Assembly: GCA_907165135.1 (NCBI GenBank)
Contig: OU015570.1
Span: forward strand, 186,001 to 250,000
DNA from: Oikopleura dioica
Lineage: Eukaryota > Animalia > Chordata
Direction: 5' to 3'
Length of the DNA stretch: 64,000 bases
The notes under the pieces were generated by a model. That model did no database searches, was not told where the DNA came from, and worked only from the letters and a program-made list of their open reading frames with translations. Numbering within the stretch: position 1 is the stretch's first letter; each line of letters opens with the position of its first letter. Positions 10,706 through 24,214 of the stretch are shown here, piece by piece. The translations under genes were made by a program, and so were the position numbers.

Positions 10706-13530
10706 GGGCGCTAGGGTCGGACTCCTTTCCTTTATTTTTTCCTTACTAACGTAGTATGATCTCAAAATTCGGCCACCTATAGCCGAATTATTCGTCTGTA
10801 TTTTCAATCATTTTGAATGAAAAATTCGGCCAAACTGGCCGAATTATTGGGCAGATTTTACAAAGTATTCTGGTGAAAAATTTGGCCAGTGAAATTCTGT
10901 GTGGACACTCATTATTCTTTTTCGAGGGCTCTCGCAATGGCTATGAATGCTTGTTATCAATTCTGTTAATTCGAATATCTAGGACAGTACCAGTAGTAAT
11001 TCGACTTTTCATTACAGCAAAAATTCCGATCGGCCTCGTTATAATAATAACTGATTTGCCCTAGACGGCTTAGAGAGAGTTGCAGCTCCCCCAAGACATT
11101 TTTTCGCCAAGAAAATTAAGATTGTAGTATTGCTAGAATAAAGGTTAGGGTTAGGGGGCACCTGCGAAAATGACGGAACAAATTACCTGGTAACCCTAAC
11201 TAACCCTAGACTAGACCCCGGCATCTTAGGCCCGAAGGGGCGGACCCCCGAGGTTAGGACCATTTGATTAGATAATTTTCTTCTGATAAAATGGAGACTC
11301 TTAATAAATGAGTGGGTTTAGGACGCGGCCTTTCTTCTTGGGGACCGAATTTTTCATTCAAAAATCGTTCAATTTCGGCCGAAAAATTCGGCCAACCTGG
11401 CCGAATTATTCATTCAAAATATGAGTTTATGAAAATTCGGCATTTGGCCGAATGTTGAGATTATACAGTATTATTTATACTATCCTTACAGTAAGGATAG
11501 TCTAAGGGTCCTTTTTCCTTAATCAGGGGTCTGGATTCGCTTTGCGAATTCGCTCATGAGCGAAGCGAAGCAGAGCGAAGCGAAGTCGCTTCGCTTCGCT
11601 TTCGCTTTTTGAAATTTCAATTCACTTCGCTTCGCTTTCGCTTTTTACCAAAAATTTTCGCAAAAATTTCGCTCTTAACAAATCGTTCTAAGAATTGAAT
11701 ATTTTGTTATTTTCATCTGCTTTAGCGAAAGCTTAACTGAGAATTTTGCTTATTGAACTTAATTTGCACTATTCAGAGTTTTGCTGAGATCATTTGAATG
11801 TTTTCAAAGTAGCCAATATTGACAATAATATATTGTGAGCTACGCTGAGCTGATGAGTGGTCACTGTTTTCCGGGATAACTTTTCCCAAGTCGCCAGAGA
11901 TATCCGATTGCCGAACTTGGGGAAACGGCGACATTGGCAAACGGCGACGTGAATTTTTTTAAATTGATTGATCATATACAGTGAAAACCCAAAATTTGCC
12001 CACCCAAAATTTGGCCGCTTTTTGTCTTAATCCGCCTTTTTTGGAAACTCAAATCAACCCAAAATTTGGCCGCTTTTACAAAAATAGAAAATTTTTCATC
12101 AGAATTGGGTCCAAATTATGCTCTTTCTGAATATTTTAAGCTTTTTTAAAGTGTTTATATCATTTAAAATGACTAAATTCTTATAAGAATGTCTTCCAAC
12201 AAGCAAAAATTTTAATAAAATTCATCAAAAATGTGAAAATCAATGATTATAAAGCATGCCGATTTTCGAAAATTTCGAAACTTTGATTTTTAAAGGGGAA
12301 ACTTGGCTACCCGGCAAAAAACCCAAAATTTGGCCGCTTGTTTCGGGAATTTACATCTGAAAACCGGTCAATTTTTGGGTTTTCACTGTAATATGATTCA
12401 TATAACTTTAACTATTGCCAATAACTTATTGGTTACTCCACAGTCAATCCCGGCTTCAACAACTTCGATCCTGGCTTTTCAGACGTCATTTCTGGCCTCT
12501 CATACCGTCAGTCTCGGGATGAACGTCCAATAACCCGGGATCGGCATTGGATCGGCATTTATTCACATTGCAGTTTGCCCAAGATTTAGGTTCCCCCAAG
12601 TTGGGTAAACGGTGATTTGGGGAAACTGCATTTGGGCAAATGGAGATCACTCGAGCCACACATCCTCTTCAGCTGAGTTAGATCAGAAAATTCACGATTT
12701 CGCTCTTTCCGGAGAGGGAGTCCGAATGCCCGAAAAGAAATAAAATTGAAAGCGAACCTAAAATGGACACTTTTTCGAAGGTCAAATATTATCGGAAAAT
12801 TTTCGCTTTTTAGAAAAATTTTCGCTTCGCTTCGCTTTCGCTTTCGAAAATTTGATTCGCTTCGCTTCGCTTTCCATTTTTGGCCAAAATCCAGACCCCT
12901 GCCTTAATTCCTTTATTTTTTTCTTACCCTTTTTCCGATTTTGGCGAAATTAAACCCTTTCCTTAATTCCTTTTTCAGTTTTCAGAGACCCTTAGTAAGG
13001 GCCCTAAATCCTTAGTGATTTTTCCTTATTTCCTTTCCTTACTAAGGATTTGACTCAAACTTTGGGAAAGGATTTCTTCAGTTAACCTACGCACTTGAAA
13101 ACCAGCTCTTACGAAAAACCTTTTTAAAACCCTTTGTAAGGAAAAAGACTAAGGAAAAATGGCTAAGGAATCATATAAGAATGTCTAATGATAGCTGAGA
13201 TCGAAGAATGATGGACGATTTTTCGAAATATAGCTCTTGATTTCAGTTATGTTTGCCTTTGTTTTAAGTTATACTGTATTTAACTTAAACAAATGTGTGA
13301 TGAAGAAATTAAGGTAATTCATACAAATAAAAAGTTTTGTCGAAAAATCCTTTTGTAAATCCTTACTAAGGAAAAAACCCTATCCTTTATCCTTTGTCAG
13401 GTTTCAGGAAATTCCTTAATCCTTTCATTAGTCCTTTTTTGATTTTCCGCAAATTAAGAACCCTTACCCCTAGTAACTAAGGAATCCTTAGTAAAGGGTC
13501 CGACCCTAACCCAACTTGGGCGCTCTTAAT
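10706..13530. mobile_element. Nested MITE cluster
   Basis: Outer TAGGGTCGGAC/GTCCGACCCTA. Inner elements: ATTCGGCC-rich (~10751-11470); CAGGGGTCTGGAT-TIR element 11524-12901 flanked by CCTTAAT; TA-flanked 11979-12388. Part (~11700-12660) recurs inverted at ~37170-37980. Confidence 0.7.
11979..12388. mobile_element. Tc1-like MITE; inverted second copy at ~34878-35279
   Basis: TA|CAGTGAAAACCC...GGGTTTTCACTG|TA; the internal sequence matches the second copy. Confidence 0.8.
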
Positions 13531-14342
13531 ATGGAGAACCACGGTATCAATTCATAATTTGAGTTAAATAGGAGATGGTCGAAGCAACACCTATCGGTAA
13601 GGATTCAATCATTGTTTTCAATTTTATGGAAATCTTGACGTGTCACTCTCTTGTCCCTATACTCTCTTTGAATTTTTTAGACTTAATTCTGAAAGTGAAT
13701 TATTTTTTATGTTACACAACTGGCGTAAAGATGGAAATCTCTGGAATTGAGCAAAATTGACTAAGAACTTTATAAGCTTCCAATAATTGATTGATTACCC
13801 AAACAATAGGGGTCAATTAAAAACCCGTTTTTAATTGGTACTGGTAGTGCAAATTTGGTACTGGAATTACCAAAAGCTTTGGTACTGCGAGACCCCGAAC
13901 CTCATGAATTGTCCCAAAAAAATCGAGGTATCCATTTATAGATACCTGCATTTTAGCTTGTTACAGGAGTTGAGGGTGTCAGCTCTAACTTTTTCTTGAC
14001 CAATAATATTTTTAAAATATTATTTTCTTTCTCTGTGAGGTCTTAGTGCTAAAGTCGGTTAGAGATCTGATCAGGATCTCGCGCCGCGCTCTTCCCAGCC
14101 ACTTTTACGTAAACTGCTTCAGTCCACGCACAGTAAAAGTGCGCAATACACGCTTTTCGGAAAATACCTTTCCTCGTGTCTTCATTGAAGTTACAGTAGA
14201 GCCTACGACTAGCAGATAGAGAGTGAACGCCTAGGACTCAGAGCAGACGCATTACATAGGACCTTTTATTCTCAAAAAATCATCTTTTTCTCTGCAAAAA
14301 CGTATTCCTTAAATTTAGCAGGAGGGGGTAAATAATTTTGTG

Positions 14343-14440
14343 GACAGAACTATTTTGTGGAAACAGAACCATTCTGGGAAAAAAACAGAACTATTCTGTG
14401 AAAAAAACAGAACTATTCTGTTGGAAACAGAACTATTCTG
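14343..14440 (+). repeat. Short tandem repeat (~22-bp unit ACAGAACTATTCTG..)
   Basis: About 5 degenerate copies. Confidence 0.7.
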
Positions 14441-15897
14441 CGTCGAGCTTAGCAAATCCACTTTAATTAGGTCGTAGATAGTATACTCTGGAAATCATGT
14501 CTGAGATTGAGAAAAGATTAATTTCAGTCGGTCTTTGAACCGTGCGCCTTGAAAGAAACTCTAACAATGATTGTTTGTTAATACAAGATGAACCGAAAAG
14601 GCTATGAAGCACGGTACAGACCTATGGCCCTTGTGCGCATCTTCTGTTAGAGAACTCATTGGATTGGCAGGAGCAGTCATTTTCTCTCGCCTGAAGTCAT
14701 TTTGGGCAGCAAACACTTTTTCCATTTGCAGAAATATAGTTGTTTTCGCAAGAAATTTTTTTGTCACAGAATTATTCTCCCGGAGTGCCCATAAATTCGA
14801 AAGTCAAATAGTTATAAATTTATTGGCGAAAAGATTAGGAGAGAGGTTTTTAATTTCATAACTTTAGGGCTAGGGTACCCGTACAGACCCAAAGCAGAGC
14901 GACTCTCCTCCGAACATATCAATGCTAGAAAAGCGTGTAATGGGCCATTAGTAATGGCTCATTATAGTCTATAATTTATAGAGCTCGCTCCTAGCTCTTC
15001 TGATTATTACGAGCTTTCTTCAAAATTCTCTGGAGGAGGCTTCTCTCCTCCGAAGTTTGAAATGCAAACCTATCTTGTTATTTATCAAGTAAAGTTTAGA
15101 CCTTACCTATTAAATTGACACGAGGTTTTTCATTGATCAAAATTTTCTGTAAGAAAAATTTGAAAGTACGAAGGTCCTCATTTTCGGTCTTTTAACCCAC
15201 GTGATTTGCCTCGCGGAAATAGCCCAAAAGACGCCATTATCAGAGTTTGGAACAGGCTCCCCTCGCAAGTTTGCCGACGATGAGCTTAAAATATTCATGT
15301 AAGTCGTGCTCCGGAAAACTTGGGGCCCCAAAATTGGGGCTAATAAAAATAAGGGCCCCCGATTTGGGGGTCCCAAAAATAAGGGCCCCGAATTTGGGAG
15401 TCCCAAAAATTGTTGGGAAAGAGTGAAGTTGATCAACGACTGACGACGAGGTTTTTGAAGAGCAAGATTAAGACGCATTATTTTGTTTCCGATAAGTCGT
15501 TTTACTCGTACCGGTATATAATTGAAACTTGGCAATGGCGAAGTCAAAAGATAGTTATGTGGATGGTGAGGCAACGAGAATTCTCTGTCAGTAGATTCTC
15601 ATACCAATATTTCATTTAGATTATAGAGATTTTTCTCCCATCTGATGGCCGATGTTCGCGACAAATAAGTTTTATTTTGGGGCCCCCAATATGACGCTTT
15701 CAAAAAATGGGTCTCCCAATATTGGATTTAAATTTTACCTGGAGAATTCGATACGTTTTATGCTTTCTTAATTTGTAATCGATCGATTCGAAAAGAATCT
15801 TATCTTGCGGATTAAGCGGTCGTCCATAAAAATCGCCAGAAAGACTTCGAAGGCATTCTGGAGGGTGAATGCGGCGACTTTCGAACATCGCTTTTAA

Positions 15898-16648
15898 GGG
15901 TAATCCTATACATCGGCGCGGCGCTGCTCGCTCGATCCGCGCTCCGCCAGAACCTATTTTTCACTCGGCCTAAAATCCGAACGGAGTGAGATTTTCAAAA
16001 TTTAAAAGATTCGTAATCTATATACCCTCTTCTATTGCTCTAGCAATAATGAAAAAATCGGCAACGAGGAACTATCTGAAAACCGCCGGTTCCTTCAAAA
16101 GACATTTCCCGCCACATTTCTCATTCAAATTTCACGAAAATTAGATGGTCTTGTAGAGAATCGTCTGCTCTACAATTCCTCTGATTTAGATTTTCTTTTG
16201 TGCTCTCAATAATTCTCTACGATAGTTTGAAGAGAGTGCCATTCTTTTCTGCGCGAGCGCGCCGTGAGAAATAGGAAGCAAAGAGGCGCGACAAAGAATA
16301 GCGCTCTTTTCAAATGACCATATAAAATTTTTGAGAGCACAGAATCAAAATCTAAGAAACAGGAATTGTAGAGCAGACGATTCTCTACAAGACCATCTGA
16401 TTTACGTGAAATTTGAATGAGAAATGTGGCGGGAAATGTCTTTTGAAGGAAACCGGCGGTTTTCAGATGGTTCCTCGTTGCCGATTTTTTCATTTTTGCT
16501 AGAGCAATAGAAAAGGGTTTATGGATTACGAATCTTTTTGAATTTTGAAAAAATCTCACTCCGTTCGGATTTTAGGGCCGAGTGAAAAATAGGTTCTGGC
16601 GGAGCGCGGATCGAGCGAGCAGCGCCGCGCCGATGTATAGGATTACCC
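15898..16648. mobile_element. Long-TIR MITE with TTAA TSD and GG termini (Kolobok-like)
   Basis: TTAA|GGGTAATCCTATACATCGGCG...CGCCGATGTATAGGATTACCC|TTAA; arms of about 300 bp. Confidence 0.8.
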
Positions 16649-16695
16649 TTAAGATGACTCTGCGAATTTTTTAATATTTTTTCGTAGGTTGAATC

Positions 16696-17520
16696 CTAAT
16701 TAAAATGCTTCTGTGCGTATTCAACGTAATGTTCCGCAAGACGATTGTTAGTATGCGAAATACAAATGCAAGGCAAATCCGAGATGAGTTTTCCAATTTT
16801 GACCTCACCAGCGGCTGTGCTCAGTTGTATGAGTTCGACTTGCTCTTCAGGAATGCCATATTTTTGAAGAGTGCTTCTAGCATGACGAGCAATTTCTTCG
16901 CTGTTATCTTCGTTAGCTTTGATATCCAATGCATCGAAGGCGCTCAAATAATATACAGTTGGTTTCCTATTTTCCGGAGTCCCCTTTTCCGGACAATTTT
17001 CAGATTTGAAGGCCTTTGAGTTGAACACTCCAAAATCGACCATGGTCCACTTTTCCGGATTTTTATCAAATTTTATTCACAGGTTACAATTTTTTGGGAA
17101 AAAGAGGCAATCGACGGCTAAATTAAATTCTTTTAGGGCCCAAGTTGACCTTGTTGGCGAGATTTCCATCAATTCTGAGAAGCTATAAGTTTTCTCCGTG
17201 GTTAATCGACTTTTAGACTGAAAATGTCTGTTTCTCGAAAAAATTTAAGTATATTTGGTGAGACATGCATTTTTATCCGGTGACCCATTTTTCCGGACAT
17301 TTTTACGAAGACCAGGCGACAAAATTTGTCCGGAAAAAGGAAACCAACTGTACTCTCTAACCGTTCTCGCATAAGAAACCAAAAAATATTATTGGGATTC
17401 CCAAATATATATCTGAATTACCAAGGAGAACTCCGTAAGCTGATTCTTGTGCTTCCTTTGTCTTGTCTTCAACGCAAGTTTGAACGCGTGTTTTGGAACT
17501 CTGGGCCAGGGACTTCATTC
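16696..17520 (-). pseudogene. hAT-like transposase fragment interrupted by a TA MITE (16956-17350)
   Basis: EEIARHARSTLQKYGIPEEQV...CICISHTNNRL resembles the hAT insertion-domain CxxH region. Confidence 0.5.
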
Positions 17521-18852
17521 ACATAGGCCAGAGACTTTATTCACATAGGCTTTTTTCTAGACTTATTTTTTCTTTATCCTGCTTCAAATTGATGGAGGTA
17601 TGAGTCAAGATATCTCAATTCTCTGTTTTGCACCAAGTTGGGGAGGGTCTAAAGTGTGTTAAATAAGCTTTTGGTGTCACAACCATAACTAACGATGGAG
17701 TAATCAGCTGCTCAAAAATACACTGAAATCATAGGAAAAAATCTTGATGACTTCGGGACCCTTAGTGATGAAATTGCAGATCTAAAGATTGTAAGCATTT
17801 TTCAATTTTATTATGTTCTTCACGACCAGTCGGAAATTCCGGATTTACGCCGTCATTGCTCCACCACCAGTGATGTTGAAGGCACTAAAAGCTTATTTAA
17901 CACACAACAGACCTTTCTCTACATGACACAAAAGAGAGAACTAAAAATGTTGAATAAAAGAAAGTCAAAAGTGATCCACCATTTTGCAGCAATTAAAAAA
18001 ACCTGTTTTTACTGTTGTGGGGTTCGATAAGTCGATCCACAATCCTCTGGTCACCAGGGGCGTCTCTATGCACTACCATTTACGACCACCTTATAAGCTG
18101 TGCTCAAACTGACTCTCGACAAGCTTGACAAGATTCTGAATATTCGGAAATAAATCAAATTATCAAATTAACCAGAGTGTTTAAATTTTTTACCATAAGG
18201 GTTCGACTTGTTCGAGCCCTACAAATGGTGACTGAAGCGTCGAGCTGACGGTCCGGTCGAAGAGAGAAAGCCATCCACCACAGCCAACACAACATTTCTT
18301 CACTAGAGACATCGAAAACTACAGAACATAACTACAAAACAAGATCACGACCTGCCAAAAAAAAAACACTAACAAAGCACATCACCAAACCGTATCAATC
18401 TTAGCCAGAACACGGATGGCGAGCGCCCAGGTTCACAATCGGTTGGTTCACAATTTCGGTCAAAAAAGTGACTCAAATTGACTGAAGGCGCGGTTGTAGA
18501 GAAAGTTCATAACCTCAAAAATGAGTTTCTCTATAAAATCAGGCGCGGCGCACATACAGAACCCTGATTTAGTACTTTTAAAAAAAAAATTTGTGAACCG
18601 GGTTCACACAGATTGTGAATCTGGGCGCCCTACACCCCAGAACACAAACACCTTCAATACACACCAACGACACCGCAATTGACAAACCTATTCGGACACT
18701 ATTACAGAGACTTTGAAACTCGGTTTGCCTGTTGTAAGAACATCCTGTTCATCCACAGAAAACATCTCCGTGAACTTCATCGTCCAAAGATCAACGACGC
18801 AATTTGAGGTCACCGTCAGCGAACAACCATCAAATTATCAGCGTAATTACTA

Positions 18853-21464
18853 CAATAGTTCCCGCTGAGTTGGGACGCCTCTCGCGCCCGCCAAATTGGG
18901 ACGGTGGGTGCGATTTACGCCACGCGCCCAGCGCCCTAGCTGCGCCACTCGCCCCGAGTTTGAAAACATCTCCGAGTCGTTTTTTCAGGCGCATTTTTGA
19001 AGACATTAATATTGATTTTAATCATTTTCTCTTGGAAATAATATCTATATAATCTGTGCTTTGTTCATGTTGCATTTTAAGATAATTTTTTTATTGATAA
19101 AAACAATGAGCGAAGGAAAGACAAGCTTGTCAATTCAATTGCAAATGATTTTTACGCATTCTGTATTATTCTCATGATAACGAGAGATTATTTGATCTTG
19201 CTCTTCTGTCCAACTGATTCTTATCTGATAACTAAAGAACTTTGGACCCTTTCTCGGCGGGTGATTTTTTGAGTACGCCCTCTTTTGGCAACTGGTTTCA
19301 TTGAATATCGGTACTTTTTGAAAATTTTTCTTACAGTAAGTATTCTTGGTGAGTAAAATGGGAGGATCAGGTAGGCCCCCGAAGATTTTAGAAGAGATTA
19401 TAGGTCAGTACACAGAAGAATTCAAAGAGAAGATGGCGAAGAAGAAATTCCTGAACCTTGATCAAAGAAAGAAGATCATCGACCTGTGGAAAGAGAATAA
19501 GGACTTACGAACTAGGCGATTAGCTGCTTCAGCTATGGAGAAATTAAGCATTAATACATCTAAAAACACTATCCATAGAATTATAATTAATCAAGAGAGC
19601 TTACTCCAAACAAAGACAACGAAGAGGACGACAAGAAAGAAGAAAGTTTCAGACACCTACAGGCACTTCCGGCAGCAGCTTTTCGACGTGATCGTCGCCG
19701 AGGCCCATAGATGTATCATTAGTAATCTTTTAATAACAAAATTTGCTAGAATAGTTCAATCAAGAGATATTTTTAAAGATGATACATTTATACAACAGTT
19801 GACGTTTTCGAAATGCTGGGTTCAATGCTACAAAGAAGACTTCAATCTTTCATACCGTCGGATTTGCGGAAAGGAGTTTTTAGTCGACATGGAACAAGTG
19901 GAGCGGTGCAGAACAGAGCTCAAGGACATGTTCGAGGATTATGAATTGCGAGACCGCATAAATTTCGACGAGAGTGCGTTTAACCCCTACGCAAATAAAA
20001 AAAACGGTCTTTTCCCGGAAGGTTTCGACCCGGCTAAGAAACAGCAGCTGAATGATAAATTTGCCTTTTCTTGCGGAGCATTCATAAGTGCCAGTGGCGA
20101 TGCATTTCTCCCGATTTTTATTTGCCAAAATAATCCTAGAAATCTTCTTAATGGAGAGACTTCAAGAGTCAAAGATTTAGAGTACACCACCAAAAAAGGT
20201 TTCGTGAAAAAGGAAACTGTCCGCTCTTTTGAAATTGAGCTTGAAAATGGCAAAAAAGAGACAGCCCTTCTATTCAAAAATGACCGTGGGTATATGACCT
20301 CAAATATCTTTAAATATATACTTAAGTATATCGATAAAAAATTTCGAGAGCAGAATAGAAAGGTCATATTACTGCTCGACAATTGCCCCTCCCACGTTAA
20401 TTTAGGTCTAAACCTGACAAATGTCAAGCTTTATTTCTTTCCGGCCAACTCAACGTCGGTTTTGCAACCGGCCGGTAAGTAATATGCCAACTGTCGAGAA
20501 ATTCTCATTCAATGCTCTTGGTGAAACTTATGAAGCTAACATGACATCCCGCTTCAACCTTCAAGTCGGTGGACAAAACTACGATTCAAGAATTGTCAAA
20601 AAAGAGCATGGATTCACTGTTGAAATCAATGGAGTCAAAGCCCTTTTTAGGGCTGAAAATCAAAAAATATCACCGATATTTTAGGACTTAAATTTTATTT
20701 TAGACATGAATTATTTCAACTTAACAAAGCGTGAGTATAAGTCATGGCTCAACGAGGAGACTTGCTCAATGTTAAAGGAAGGGGCTCCTTATTTCCTTAT
20801 TGATTTTTTCAATAAAATTGATAGCCCTTAAAAAGTTTGGAAGACCTGGATTGAAGATCGACCCCCCTTGCAGAGCCACATGCATCCGGAAATTCGCCTC
20901 TCTTCTCCTCAACTTCAGCCCTCGACACATTCGCACATGTTGGTATATGGCCGGGCTCGCTGACAAGCCAGAAGTCGACTCTCCCGAAGAACGAGCGATC
21001 GAGAAAGAACTTGAAGATGCCCATGTTCATCAAGAAGTTCCATTGGAAGGCCACCTCTTTGCTGCTAACCTTGTGGACCCACCAGTTGCGCTTCTTGACG
21101 ATGATGGGATCGTCGAAATTCGAGTTCAATTCGAAGAAGCCGGCCCTCCTCTTTCGCCTCTGATACACGACTCAATGGATTCAGAATGATTGAAGAAGAA
21201 AAGAAGACCTCCTGAGCTTTCTAAAACTGTATTATACTTTTCCTACAACTTAGCTAAAATTTACTGAAAATATATTTATTGAGCTCTTCAAATTTCTATT
21301 TTAAATCCCTCAACAATCCTCAACAAGACAAGCGCCAAGCCAGCGCGAAGCTATTTGGGTCCTCGAGAAAAGTGAAAAAGGCGCTCGCGGCGGCTGGCGA
21401 GAGTGCCCGCCAAATTGGTACGGGGGGCGCTATTAGGACCGTCCCAATTCAGCGGGAACTATTG
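18853..21464 (+). mobile_element. pogo/Tigger-type DNA transposon nested in the LTR element
   Basis: TA|CAATAGTTCCCGCTGAGTTGGGACG...CGTCCCAATTCAGCGGGAACTATTG|TA enclosing a transposase. Confidence 0.92.
19358..21189 (+). CDS. pogo-family DDD transposase, spliced (exon 19358-20474, intron 20475-20703; further intron or frameshift near 20790-20840)
   Basis: psq/CENP-B HTH region; NFDES and LLDNCPSH; splicing GTAAGT..TTTTAG gives LQPA-D-MNYF; C-terminal IRTCWYMAGL lies in ORF 20800-21189. Confidence 0.85.
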
Positions 21465-21602
21465 TACGTTGGATTCATCCGCTCATATGCACCAATTAAC
21501 CTTTTGGATAATTGGGATAATTACCACCGTGCATACGCAGCAGCTTCTCGGTGATTAACCGGAGACAACAATCAACGAGATCTGACCAGAGAGGGGAAAA
21601 AG

Positions 21603-22046
21603 ATGGATCTCACGATATATGAGAGAGAACACTTGGAATCGGCTCCGACATGGCATTGTCCCTACGACTGCACAGAAGAAGAATACCTCATTTCTGTTCA
21701 GAGATTTGTAAGAAAAATCGAGGTTTTAAAAGACACTTACAAACTAAAACCTGATGCAGCCATCTATTTGTCCATGAAGAGAACGAATGGTGATGCCTTC
21801 GACATCTGGAACAAATTGAGAGACGATGAGTACACCGCTACCGAGAACATTGATGATTTTACTGATGCGCTTGAATCACTTGTATCGATGGACTACGAAA
21901 GCGATTCGTCATCGTCAAGCTCCTCTGAGCATAATGACTCCTCAAGATCCTCGAGCGGCTCTACCTACGAATCGTCTGTCTCAAGCGTCGCGGACTGTGA
22001 GAAAGATTCTGACTCGTATGATGTCTACAACCCTGACTCAGAGTAA
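21603..22046 (+). CDS. gag: Gag capsid-like ORF with a Ser/Asp-rich tail
   Basis: QRFVRKIEVLKDTYKL..AAIYL....NGDAFDIWNKL...DDFTDAL resembles a retrotransposon capsid helical pattern; it lies downstream of the PBS. Confidence 0.55.
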   Translation: MDLTIYEREHLESAPTWHCPYDCTEEEYLISVQRFVRKIEVLKDTYKLKPDAAIYLSMKRTNGDAFDIWNKLRDDEYTATENIDDFTDALESLVSMDYESDSSSSSSSEHNDSSRSSSGSTYESSVSSVADCEKDSDSYDVYNPDSE

Positions 22047-22490
22047 TCGACAGCTCGGTGGCTGGAAAAGCGGATGCAAAGAAGTTCATTGAATGAGGGT
22101 GCAAAACTGAATAAATGATCAATGAAAAAAACAGAGGCACAAAAGAGGATGGAGATGTCTGTTGGAAATATAGAACAGTTGATCCAGGAGGGATCCAGAA
22201 GTGTAAAAGCCTGGCCAGGTGCGCGAAATGGATCGACGCTGTTGATGCAAGCCGAGACGCTGCACGTCAATAGGAATCAGAGGTGCCTAAAGGATTGGAA
22301 TGGAAAACAAAACTAACTTCGCAGTGTGAGGTCCCGATTAAAAAATCCCATTATACTGATTATTAGAGATTAAAGGTTATAAATTCACTAGTACTTGATT
22401 ATTAATTTTATTACGCATTCTTTACAATTATTTCTTTTTACTTGTTATATCTAGCTCATCGTGGTCTGTTTCAAACCAATATCTTTATTT

Positions 22491-22977
22491 GGTCAGTACT
22501 GAAAATGTCACGAATGTCACGAATGTCACGAATGTCACAAAAACAGAGACACGTTTTTTTACGAATTAACTTTGAGGAATATTATGAATTTAATTCTGTT
22601 ATAAACGGATTTAGTTGTAACAATAGAGATCAAACTTGAAAAACTCATTTACCATAATCTAAAACAATAAAAAATTATTTGAAAGTTATTGAAATTGATC
22701 GCAATTTCAGGCCCAAAAGATAGATTTTTGATTGAAATTCCTCAATTTTACTATTTTGATTCATAAGAAATCGAAATCATAGTGACTTAAGCACAAATGA
22801 TCAATTTTTCATTGAATCTTCAAGTGATAAACGCCCGCTCCGCGGGTGTTGTGGTAGGAAATTCATAGTGATAAATATCAATAACAAAAGAGTCTCTAGA
22901 ATTTTACTGAAAATGTCACGAAAAAGAAACATGTTTTCGTGGCATTCGTGACATTCGTTACATTTTCAGTACTGTCG
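22491..22977. mobile_element. MITE with 8-bp TSD (CTTTATTT)
   Basis: CAGTACTGAAAATGTCACGAATGTCAC near both ends in inverted orientation. Confidence 0.7.
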
Positions 22978-24214
22978 CTTTATTTTTATTCGTGTCCTTC
23001 ATGTTCATGATGCACTTCTTCCGCGCAAAAACGTTCGTTTTCAAATCTTTGAATAGTTGGAAAAACTTTTTCCCGTTCCGATTTTATTTGTCAGTGAGAA
23101 ATGTGTTCTGGCGAACTTAAGATCGAAAGAGAAAGCGCGCGCCCTAACTCTTTTTCTCACTGGCGTTAATCAATCGCGCTTTGTTATCGCGCTTATTAAA
23201 TTCATAATCATTCTCAGTCATGATGCAAATCTGACATTCCCTTAAATGAATAAACATGATTATTATGAACCTATGAAAGAATGACCGCTTGTGCCGCCGG
23301 AAGAGATGGATCAAAAACTTTTTCAATCCACTATATTTTCTCCCACATATGCCACTTTACCACTAATTGACCGGTATCCCCGGAGGCCCGAGAATTGTGG
23401 GGTTCGATAAGTCGATCCACAATCCTCTGGTCACCAGGGGCGTCTCTATGCACTACTATTTACGACCACCTTATAAGCTGTGCTCCAACTGACTCTGGAC
23501 AAGCTTGACAAGATTCGGAATATTCGGAAATAAACCAAATTATCAAATTAACCAGAGAGTTTATATTTTTAACCATAAGGGCTCGACTTGTTCGAGCCCT
23601 ACACTGTCGCCATGAACACAATTGAAAAAAACTGCCCCTTTTTGAAAATTGAAAATCTTCCTTGATTTTTCCGATCGAAAAATTTTCCGATCGGACATGC
23701 TTTTCCGATCGGAATTGAAAAATCCGATCGGAATCGGTAATCGGATCGGAAATCGGTCGGATCGGTTGAGGTTCGGATCGGATCGCCGAGACCAAGATTT
23801 TTCGTCCGATTGGGCAGCCCTGGCCTGTCTATCTTGGACGAACCTGAAATTGTCAACAAGGTCATCAAGACCATTACGGCGAGCATGGCCATCAAGGCCA
23901 TCAAATCCCAGTTTCAGGTTTTTAGAAGATTTGTAGATTTGGTTGTTGTTGTTTTTATAAGCGCGGTTCTAAAAGTGTTCATGTTCTCAGATTATACAGT
24001 ACGTGGCGTAAAAAATTTTTTGTTTGTCGATAGAGAATTTCATAAGCTTTCTTACAAGCCCTCAAACGTGTTCCAGATAATTTGCGGCGGGGGTCAAATC
24101 AAGATAAAGTTAAAAATGGCACTTTTTTTTACACTTTGGTGCCAATTTATGCCATCTTCTGGTGAAATTAAACTTTTGGTGTAAGCAGATAAAATGTTAT
24201 TTACAATAACTTAA

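Larger units (their letters stand above)
18016..23603 (+). mobile_element. Non-autonomous LTR retroelement with a gag-like ORF and no pol
   Basis: 208-bp LTRs (18016-18223, 23396-23603), TG..CA ends, CTGT TSD, PBS TGGTGACTGA at 18226-18235. Confidence 0.9.

Noticed and set aside
11141-11210. Telomere-like TTAGGG/CCCTAA units (also ~32692 and ~45030)
   Set aside because: Only about two units each, inside MITEs; not enough to call an interstitial telomere.
23810-24184. Possible upstream ADCY10 exon or membrane-protein ORF
   Set aside because: No sAC N-terminal motif is present and splice sites could not be assigned with confidence.
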